A stretch of DNA of 59,935 nucleotides, the filler included, from Dimargaris cristalligena (Eukaryota): the NCBI GenBank assembly GCA_003614675.1. It is 2 parts of 2 records of this genome, joined end to end, with 100 filler letters (N's around TTAATTAATTAA, not from the genome) between each part and the next. Parts side by side here need not be neighbours in the genome. Positions count along the whole stretch, not along the records: positions 1 to 29,944 come from ML002470.1; 1 more part is not named here. One strand, 5' to 3'. The notes under the pieces are model-generated. The model was not told the origin of the DNA, did no database searches, and saw only the letters and a list, made by a program, of their open reading frames with translations. Below are positions 12,446-22,770 of this stretch, piece by piece; within the stretch, counting starts at the first letter, position 1; each line of letters begins with the position of its first letter. Position numbers and translations under genes: made by a program.

Positions 12446-12821
12446 TAGTCACTCTAACCCCCTCCCTTAGCCTAGCTTATCACCACTGTTCACCAAAATC
12501 CTACTCACATGTCCCCCAGGGGTTCACCTTCCCCGCCACCATCATTCATCTTTTACTGTAACATGTTAAAATCATTGATTATTTAATTTTCTCTATTCAC
12601 TCGCCGCAATACCCAGCGGCCCTCTATTACTCCGACCCTTACTTATTTTTAAATATCTCGTCGCTTTGTACCATATAGATTATCTTTACGCCTCCTGGCC
12701 TCCTTTTCCATCAGATATACCTAGCTAACGTAGAAGCTTGCTCTTTCATTTAGACAACCGACTTGTAGTTTTACCCTATCTGACACTGTGTTATATTCTC
12801 TTCTGGTTTCTCTGTTCTACC

Positions 12822-13232
12822 ATGTACGCTTTACGCTTTGGTCTCATATTTTTCGTGGTTTTGGCTACCATCGCCTTCACCAATCCTACGGTGGCCGCTA
12901 ACTTGGTGGGCCCTCTTCCTACTCGTTCTGCCGTATCTATAACCCCCTCCATCCCCGCCTTGTCGTGTTCCGATAGGCAATCATCACCCACCACAGTGCA
13001 GCAACTTCCCTACCACAACTACCGACCGCCACCGGTGGGCCGGCCTTTCGCCGCTACCGCCCCGGTGCTACTTCAGCTTCCCAAAGGCGGGGGGATTTTG
13101 GGGGACCGTATCACCATTACCCATGGCTTTAACTCCCCCCTCGTCCTAGTGTCACACGAAGCCATCAACCCAGCCATTTTGGTGGTTTTCTTGGTGGCCA
13201 TGACTCTTCTGGATCTGTGGCATAATCGGTAA
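12822..13232 (+). CDS. Small protein with signal peptide and C-terminal hydrophobic anchor, unknown family (paralog A, 136 aa)
   Basis: N-terminus MYALRFGLIFFVVLATIAFT; C-terminal PAILVVFLVAMTLLDLWHNR. The last ~55 aa align clearly with the ORF at 20410-20823. Confidence 0.8.
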   Translation: MYALRFGLIFFVVLATIAFTNPTVAANLVGPLPTRSAVSITPSIPALSCSDRQSSPTTVQQLPYHNYRPPPVGRPFAATAPVLLQLPKGGGILGDRITITHGFNSPLVLVSHEAINPAILVVFLVAMTLLDLWHNR

Positions 13233-13703
13233 TAAATTAGGTTGGGTAGCTCTAACTATAAAATAAGTTTAGGGGTGCTATATACTATTAAGGGATAATG
13301 AGATAATAGGGGTGCGTGGACCAGCAATAATACAAGGGTTTTTTGGCTGGTTAAGCCCAATAGAAACCGCAGGAGTTGATCACCATTTTACGGTGATGGT
13401 GGTTTTTGGAGTGTGTGGAAAAAAAGAAGCTAGACTCCAAGGGACCATGCCCAACCGCGCCCATTGACTGTTGTACTACACACACACACTTGTACTTGCA
13501 CCCCAGACTATTGGACTACTCCCCCATCCCTAACGAGAATCATTGTCGCGAGCAGTTGAACTAAAGGGGAGGCAATTGGCACCTCGAAAAGAAGTTACCC
13601 CGTCCTTGTGAATCTACTGTCTTTGCATTTCATTTTCATTTTCATTGATCCATTCCCTCCATTCTCTCTCCATTGGCGCATATAAGCCCTGGACTGACTC
13701 AAC

Positions 13704-15164
13704 ATGGCTGACGAACCCCAGAGTCCCGTATCTAAGAAAATGAAGCTCGATTGTCCAGGTACATATAGTTGAAATGAGGTTCCGATTCCCTCTCTCTTTT
13801 ATTTTCGAGCCTACACCAGCCAGCCTCCGGTTCACTCTTTTGAATCGACTTCAGCGGGTTGGCGAATAGCGCCAATGTACACTTGCCAAAGAGTCTTTTC
13901 TCTCTCTATCCTAGTCTATACAACCGGGCGCCTCTTATATCCCGATACTCGGTTCTTGCTAAATCCGTAATGACCCCCCTTTCCCCCGATTTTTGCAACC
14001 TGGCGAAACTGCAAAAAACAAAACAAAACAATATTATCCTACGACATAGATGAAGCAACTGCTACAGTTACCGAAACACCCAGCATTGACGCTTCGGTAG
14101 CTGAATTGAGGGGCATTTCAACCTGTGATGATTGCATTGCGGTGCTGCTACAGCTGGATCAAGAACAGGCAGTAAGTCCATCTGGATTGGATTATAGCAA
14201 GACACGGGTCCCCCACATGCAGGCTGGGTTGGGCAAGTCACTGTGGCTGGCGGTGAAGGGATATATCAGGCATAATGGGGCCCGAAGGTTTACGAATAAT
14301 ACTAATAATCATATATACCCCGGGATACCTCGCTAACGCCATTTATTTCTACGGTTCTAATAACTCCGCCCTATATGTGATTATCCACACTCGTTTTAGA
14401 CCGCCCTAAAGGAAATCGTGCAGCCGGAGGAACAGTCCGAGCCAACCTACACCAAACCTATTTGTCCGATTTGTTTGGGCACGTTCACGCACGGCAACAC
14501 TCCCCTAATTGAGGCTCTGGCCGACAAGGTCAAGGAAGTCGCATCCGGAATCACAACCTGCCAGATCCACCTTTCATTACCCAAGCATATAACTGCTCGT
14601 CAGATTATTATCAGTCGCTGGGTCCGCTCGAAATCGGCCTGCCTGTAAGTCTGCTACAGTCGACATCTACCTAAACTATACTAAGATTGTATTTTTGAAG
14701 GGGAGCTTACTCATTTGGCTTATGGAAGTATCCGTCCCAGTTACTAACCCCGACGGATTTTTTTTTTAAAAAAAACAATATTGTGACTAATTGCCTTCCA
14801 TCGGGTATGGATGGGTTCCACAGAGTGCCGCCTACCCCCGAAGATTTCGATTATCTCACCCGGGTACGGGACTATCTGTCGCAGCGTATTTGCCAGCTGC
14901 TGGGTGTGACGCTAGACACCAAAAGCGAGGTGTCCATCTCGATTATCCTAACCTGTCCCCAGTTGGGCCGTCAATTCGAATTCCCGCACAAGTCCCCTTC
15001 AATGCAAAAGAATCCCCAGGCCAAACGCATGTTTAAAATGGGACCATTCAATTCATGGTCCATCCCGAACATCCAATACTTGTTCACGGAAATCGCACCT
15101 GAGGACCTACAGGCGTAAGTTTAGCTATTCATTTACCCTCCCCACCTCTCTTGCTTTCTATCCA

Positions 15165-15195
<31 letters not shown>

Positions 15196-17262
15196 CAGAA
15201 TCAGGTAGACCACTCACCCGGTCATATTTTTATATGTCTACGCTTTTCGATAGCCGACAAACAAACAAACAAAAAAAGAAGGCAACCTCCTGGGCAGTTC
15301 TAACTCTGTAAACCCCTTCCTTCACTTTTACTCGACATGCAATTATTATACCTCCCCTAACCACCAGTCAAAAGTGCTGGCCCCCTAATTCGCCTCAAAC
15401 GGGGGTCAAGGTCGAGCAAGTAAAAGTCAAATCGCCTTCCGTATTTATTGCCGGTCGCTACAATAAATACGCCCGGGGTATCACTAACACGCCGCTCCAC
15501 ATTAAGGGGAAATCCTTTATTACCTCGGTGTCCGAACAAGTGGCGCCCGCTTTTGAGAAAGCCTTTGAGGCGACCGGTAAGCACAGCCATATTAAAATTA
15601 TAGTTCCTGTTTTTAGTCCATCCACATATACTCCTACTCTGGATTACACATGCCTAGCAGAAACGCCATTGGTACACTTCCTAAACTCTCTTCACTGTTC
15701 TTTCTCTCTTTATATATATAACTTCTTCTTCACTAGACCACAAGTTCTGTAGCTCTGGCCGTGAGGATGTCGACGTGCGCATGTTGGGCAGTGGTCGTCC
15801 CTTTTATATCGAGATTTTAAATCCCAAAGTTACTAGCCTATCCGCCGATACCATCCAGAATATCCAAGACGAAGTCAACCAATACCCACATGTTCAGTTC
15901 CATCATCTCCAAATCATTGATAAGTAAGAATTACGTACCGAACTGCTGGTGCCTCATTTACTCTTATGCTGGCATCATTGTGTGGACTAATTAAGGTTTT
16001 CTTACATTCTAGAGTTTTTTTAAGGCCAGTCAAATCCCATCAGTATAACTCTAATCACCTATCCGGTCCCTTTCCCATGTACTCTTTCTTATTCGTTTTT
16101 AAGATCGGAACTGTACCGTATCAAAGAAGGCGAAGAACAAAAATCCAAGACCTATTGGTAAGTGCCCACATCTAGTGAGCTTTTTTCGTAAAAGTATTAT
16201 TTATTCCCAGGTTGGCTCTATTTATGACAACTACTACCCATTTTTGAAAATCAAACTAGAACTTCGCTTGGGTATTGGAAACTTTGGCATGTCATTAATT
16301 GATATTTTACCCCCGATTCATACCTCCCACTTATGCCTCCCCCCCCCAAAAAAAAACCCCCCACCAATCTTATTCATGTACAACAGTGCCTTGGTGTGGG
16401 TTAAGGATCTCCCCAACATCGATTTAGCTGAAAAACTCAAGCCCTACGAAGCAGGGTTCGATATCCAACAGGGATGTCCTATTCGAGTTATGCAGAGGTA
16501 AGTAAAATAGATCAATCTAGGGAGAGCCGGATAGTGGTTCAAGCCGTAATCTGAATCATTCGTTCGGTATCCCCATACCATTTCCCGGCCGAATTGCCGA
16601 TTGAATAGACAGGGGTACTTTCATTCCTATACATGAGGCGCATGTCAATACGGGCTGATTGGTGGGCGACATATCCCTTGAGGTTTCTATTCGGATGATG
16701 GTTTCATTTCCGATTACTTGGACTCCACTCATTTATATAATATACAATTCTATTATTGACATCATCCATGCTTCATAAATATTATGAACTATATTCCAAA
16801 AAAAACAAACAATTATACGCACATCCTTAGACGAGCTCATTTGACCCGGTCTAAACGGGTCCTCTCGCTCAAGGCCGAAATCATTGATACCCACTTTATC
16901 CAGCTCACATTAGCAACCGTCGCGGGAACGTAAGTAAACGATGTTAACCTCGGCCTTCCCACTCACACTCCGTAGTTTATAATAGCTTAGCAACGAGGCG
17001 AATATGTACCATTACGAACTGGTTCACCGACTAATTCATTTTCCATGTGTATAACATATATCCCTCCCTCCCCTATGATACCCCCCCTTTTTTTTAACCC
17101 GTTTCCTTGGTTATTATGATTCGTAGTTATATTAAGGAATTCGTGCATGGAGACTGTGCCCGAACTACTCCGAGTCTAGCCACCATCCTTGGGTGTACCA
17201 CCGACATTCTCCTTCTCGATGTGCTGACCGTGGATTTGGAATGGCCCCCGTCGCACCATTAG
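13704..17262 (+). CDS. PUS10: tRNA pseudouridine synthase Pus10, 10 exons: 13704-13758, 14050-14171, 14400-14644, 14824-15114, 15368-15576, 15737-15923, 16104-16157, 16387-16497, 16831-16929, 17127-17262
   Basis: Spliced translation contains 'CPICLG', 'IAGRYNKYARG', catalytic 'SSGREDVDVRMLGSGRPF', 'KEGEEQKSKTYCALVW', 'AGTYIKEFVHGD', 'DILLLDV..VDLEWPP'. All introns are GT..AG with consistent phases. Confidence 0.92.
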
Positions 17263-18155
17263 CTATGCAGGTCTGGTGTATCTATGTAGCTCCGACCAAT
17301 GGTCTAACGTGACTCTGCTCTTGTAATATTTTGGAATTCCCTTTATTTCCCTTCACCCCCCTTACTCCTCCCATGGTGTATATTGTCTGAACTATAATGA
17401 ACGGGTACAATCCTATTTCTTAATAGCGAAACAGGGCTTTAAATAAAACCCCAATTAATAACTATCAAGCCACACAAAGCTAACCAGGGATTCTATATGA
17501 TTTGGAAAATACCTAACCATTAGTCTTGTAAGTACCCCACTGTCTAGGAAGACAACAAGGTCATACCATATAAGAACATGGCAGCTTCTATCCAACTAAC
17601 TGAATTCACCGATGTTTACCTGGAGTCCAAAAGCAGTAGGAACATTCTGGAGAATCATGGTGACTGCGGTGGTGTGAATATTACTCGGGGATACCAGCTT
17701 AGCATTGAATTCATGAAAACATGGCACAGCCACTAAATGACGGACTATTTAGGTCTACCATTTTGTTCACCAGTCTCCAAAGATGCCAAAAGTAAACCTA
17801 CCAGTGATTTAATTAACATGTCTAATCACCATTGTACTTGAATGAACACCAGTTAGTCCTGGTCCATCCATAGGTTTATTTCCATGGCCAAGGGCCAGAA
17901 AGGTTTCCCTTTCCTATTAGGGGCGCAGCAGCATTTGGCCGTCACTATGTTATGATTAGACAATGGTCAGGTCAATGGTTAAAGGGAACCAGTAGGGTAT
18001 AATGGGAACCATCAGTAGTGCATCACAATGACTGATAAGCGGATTCATTCCCCCCAATAAGGCATGTGGCGGACAACAATGAAGGGCCTGGCCATCACAG
18101 CTGGTCTGATTATCCTTGGGTGAAAATAGACCTGTAAAGTTAGGAAGCTTTTCCA

Positions 18156-18297
18156 TATGTGTGAACTTCAACCCAACTGTATAAGATTTTACACAATATG
18201 TATATGAGATAATATGTGGGAGAATAACTTTTGGCCAGTAATATTTACCTCATCAAATAGATTATTTGTTATACAGCCTGGATGAACTTCTGCCATA
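18156..18297. mobile_element. 142-bp MITE-like element, copy 2 (diverged, CpG-free)
   Basis: TATGTGTGAACTTCAACCCAACTGTATAA ... TTATACAGCCTGGATGAACTTCTGCCATA; same length and colinear with copies 1 and 3. Confidence 0.75.
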
Positions 18298-19177
18298 TTG
18301 TTATCATCATAAAATATTATGTGAAAACCTTCAGTTAATCACCTGGGTTGTAGCCCTATCCCAGGACCAGGTGCCACAGGTAGTACCTTAGGCCACACCA
18401 CCTATTCACTATTCCCAACTGCAATCTAATGACTATTGTCCTGCAGATATTTCAATTACAATAGACATCCATAAAGCCATTTGTATATACAACAAAGGGA
18501 GCATCATGGCATGAGAACCATTATCCAGTCTATTCCTAATGTACACCACTAATTAGGGTAGCATCTCCTCATTACTGTTTTGGAATGACCACATTCCTGT
18601 AGTCTACTTTGAAGGGATAGATAGGTATCCCGTACACTGCATCTGTTAATAATAAAATTACTAGTTGGTTATAAATAGGTAAGCAAGTACCATCCCAAAT
18701 ATCCTATCATTAACACCAAGTGAAAAGAAATCATTCAGTATTATTCGATACCTTTCTGTATTTTTTCCCCAAGTCACTCCACCTTTCCACTGACCTCTCT
18801 CCCCCCCATTCCTAATGGCCATGCTAAGGCTTCTCCCTGTAGCAATACAGGCAGAAAACATTATTATGCACCCTCAACAGGGTGCCACTGGGTATCCCCT
18901 GTTTGTTTTGAGGGATTACCCTACCTTTGACTGCAACCACAAGGTCTCAGAGGTTGACTGTGGTTGGGTAAACAGTCCCACCTCTACTTAAAAAAAGTAT
19001 TGGGAGGTGCCTACCAAAGTACAGGTTGAATGTCATTTATTTCTAACTATAGTTTCAATAAATTTGTATATACATATTAAATTGTATGTAGCTGGATATA
19101 ATGTCCTTTTTATATCCTGGCACCTGTTCATTGAAACAATCATGTCAATAGTCCAATAAATTATCATTTTGATAAAT

Positions 19178-19202
19178 TTATATATATATATATATATATA
19201 TA
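19178..19202. repeat. (TA)n microsatellite
   Basis: Seen directly. Confidence 0.9.
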
Positions 19203-20409
19203 AGATTGTGTGTAGATGGATATAGTACCATTTTTATATTGTGATTCCTGTTTATTTAATAAACCATGTCAATCCCAAGAGTTTTATTAGATTATAAATT
19301 AGTCCAGGATAAAGGCTGGTAATAAGGTGAATGGGTTAGATCATTCTGTATATATGATAAAGCCACTGTGGCAATGTGTATAATGGTGGGGCTGTGGTTG
19401 ACTGCCTTTATCTATATCGATGTAAATAATTGAATTGACCAGCTAAAACAAGTGCACTGGCTTCTAAAATACTGAGTTAAATCGTGTATTACAGCCAGGG
19501 TGGTGGTGCCAATATAACTCTCTAGGTAAATTGTACTTTCAATTAGTAATTTTCAAATTCGTGCCTGAAATTGAAAGCCCTTAAAACACCGATCCCCCAA
19601 CATCGTCATTCCAACTTTTTGATGTAAAACAGCTGGCTATATATATATATATATATACCTATGGTATTCTTTATTTGAACTTTTTGACCAGTGGGTTCAT
19701 AGCAGATAGCGCAACCCGTGGATGCACCTCTTAATTGCCTATGGTGTTCCAGAAACTTAATTGACACAGCTAAATCTCCAATGACTTCCACCGTTAACCA
19801 GTGTATACTACAGAAATGCCATGCTATTCGTGATAGCCCCACTCCAGCCGGTGGGCATGATTCCCATGTTTTGCCAACTTATTGTTTCGATGGAAAATTA
19901 TTCGGTGGCGGACCTTTGTCTTTCAGCATATATGGCGAGTTTAGTACTATTGTAAATTGAACAACTCCAATGACTTTACCATACACATTACAATCGTAAC
20001 CCTATGCACGTGGTCCAAAATTCGCCCGTATGTACCAATTGAGTAAGTACCGCTCAACTAACTATAGTTTATCATCTACATGGGATAGCCTCGGTCGTTT
20101 CAATTTAAGACCTGTATCGTCCCTGTTTCGGCATTCACTGTGTATCCCGCAGTTCACTAAATTTGTGGCAAATGTTCAGACTATAATGGAGCGGGAAAAT
20201 TGTAAACTTCGCTACTCATTTTATTAAATATATAATGTGGGGTGGGGTGTTGGTCACTGTTCTTTAAAATCTGACACTTAAAAAAAAAAAGATTTTACAA
20301 GAACTCGGATAGTCAATGTAATCGGCCCAGGCGGTTTCGTGCTATTCAGTTTATTCAGATAGCTCTGATACATATATGGAGGTTACCCGCCCTATTTTGT
20401 TGGGATGGT

Positions 20410-20823
20410 TTACCGACTATGCCAAAAATCTAACAAGGTCATGACGACCAAAAATATTACCAGTGAAGCGGGATCGATCGATTTTTGCGATATGATAACG
20501 AGGGGGGAGTTTAAACCGTTTGTGATGGTGATGCCTTCGCCCATGATCGCACTTTTAGGGAGGTGAAGAAGTGGCATGTGGGCCATGGGTATCCGGTGGT
20601 AGAGTTGTTGAACGGCGGGGTAATTTAACGAGTAATGGTAGGGTAGAGCCGAGAATGTGGTTGTCTCCAACTGGTTAAGAATATTAATTTCAGAGGGGGT
20701 TGGTGGATCTATCGAATCCGGGGAGGACGGGGGGATAGGTACGCCCAATGCTGATAGATGGCCAAGCAAGGTGGACATACAAACAATTAAGAGGAAAACT
20801 ATCCGAAAATGTGTTAAATACAT
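20410..20823 (-). CDS. Small protein with signal peptide and C-terminal hydrophobic anchor, unknown family (paralog B, 137 aa)
   Basis: N-terminus MYLTHFRIVFLLIVCMSTLLGHLSA; C-terminus ITITNGLNSPLVIISQKSIDPASLVIFLVVMTLLDFWHSR matches paralog A. Confidence 0.8.
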   Translation of the reverse strand: MYLTHFRIVFLLIVCMSTLLGHLSALGVPIPPSSPDSIDPPTPSEINILNQLETTTFSALPYHYSLNYPAVQQLYHRIPMAHMPLLHLPKSAIMGEGITITNGLNSPLVIISQKSIDPASLVIFLVVMTLLDFWHSR

Positions 20824-21058
20824 GATGGGATATATGTAAAGAAATAGAGGGAATTGTATATCAGATGGGATGCGGGAAGATGGGGTAGATAATAAGGGGC
20901 TAAGAAATTCAAGATATAGACTAGTTAAATATTGGAAGAATCTCAGATAAAAACACGGGGTTTATTAATCATAAGGGTTCATAAAAGTAGGAGTGCATTA
21001 AGAATTACATTATTAAGGTTGGAAATAAAAGATAATGCAGACCGAGTGCACACTCCTC

Positions 21059-21066
21059 TTTATATA
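21059..21066 (-). promoter_or_regulatory. Candidate TATA box of paralog B
   Basis: TATATAAA on the minus strand about 240 nt upstream of ATG 20823. Confidence 0.5.
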
Positions 21067-22770
21067 AATCCCTAGGATAGGTAACTCGCAGAAAATTAAA
21101 TTCATCGATTTTTTCTGAGAATCGAAAGAATCGAGCCAGCTGGAGAGAAAGGGAGCTGATAAAGGCACTTTGTCGTTGATTTTTACAGAGATCCGCCGGT
21201 CGGCGGAAATCCCTCCACGCTTCCTTCCCACCAAGACCAGTATAACTGTACTTTTTGAGACCAAATTCCCCTCCCCCGCAGTACAGTATGTTCCTACAAT
21301 TTGTGATTCAACTTTCCAGTAATGTACAATTGTTTTAATGAGAATCTAGCACTATAGATTGTTACAGCTGTGCTGAACTGACCCCCCTCCCTCAATCTGT
21401 CGTTCTTTCGGGATTCTACTGTTGGTCTGGTGGTTTCTCCAATACCGCGACAGTGGCTATTTCGTGTCTCATACTCCATTTCGCTCCACTCTACCCCACT
21501 TCACCCCCCAAGCCTTTGCTCTCTCTCCTCAGCATAAAACGGCCACCTCTGTTGTGGCGCCAGGCCGTTTTTAGCAATACGGGGCTCTCTCACACTCCGG
21601 GATTGACCCCATTTGTCAAAAAACCTATCACTATCATTTCCCACCTCATTGATTCCTGGCTGGTATGATTCTGGTAACATGATTGTATATACATTTTGGA
21701 TGGTCTATTTTTACGTCCGACTTCTAATGGAGTTTCTGATAACACCAAAACTACCGCCTGGTTATTAATGTTCTCTAAATGACCACCAGCACCAACGCTG
21801 CCTCAATGTGAATGATAATACATGGCGGACCCTGATTTATCGATTTTATAGAGTGGCCATACCAATGTACTGATGTACTGTAGAATGGCTTCTACATGCT
21901 GAATCCTATACTCCACCATTTTATCTACTGTTTCAACTGGTATTCACCAAGGTAGAATGCTTATTTTTGGTACTCGGATAGCTCGCACAATCAATTCCTA
22001 TAGTATCCGCCATTCCCATTGTAAATGCAATGAAACTTGCTGCGTACCAATAGTGTTATAATGTTTAGATTTAAATATTAAATCTACTGAGACTACCCCG
22101 CTTTCGAGCAATGGATTGCCATTCCATGCCTGTTCAATTTGAAGCTAATCAAATGACTGACAGTAAATTGGCGTTTATTTTTATCATGCCAGGGAGTGCA
22201 CACGTGGGAAGACTGATTTTATCATGAGCGTGAATGTGCTGTGATGGTAAATAAAATGATGAATAAAACATATACAGGCATGAAACGCCAGCACAGGTGT
22301 TTGGGATAAAGGGGGGGGGAGCATGAAGAAGCAAAACAAAACTGTTCCATATTTCCACTCTTTCATTTTTTAAAAAATAAAATAAGCTACGCTAAGCAAT
22401 GTATCTCCGTCCAGAGAGTGATGTACAGTGGAAGGGTTCGCTTCCTCTCTATTAGTGAATATACACACATTCATCAAAAATACCAGCCACCTCATCCAAA
22501 TTACCTAAAGGAACACCACATCCAATAAAAATAATACATGGTGTAAATATGTGTGTATGGGGGCGGGGAAGAGCCACAGTTATCATACAGTAAGAACCCA
22601 TCAACAATCACCCTCATACAAGAAAGACAATATATATATAACACTGTCGAATAGTAGAGACACGTATAGCGGAGTAGACAATCGACATGATAATCAAAGA
22701 ATGGGCGGTAAAAGGCTGGGGTGTCTCAGGTTATCCATCAATGTCGTCGAGTTTAGCCAATTTCAGCAGA

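Noticed and set aside
17400-19500. Possible LTR-retrotransposon remnant
   Set aside because: No RT, RNase H or integrase motifs and no LTR pair found; reported only as a CpG-depleted block.
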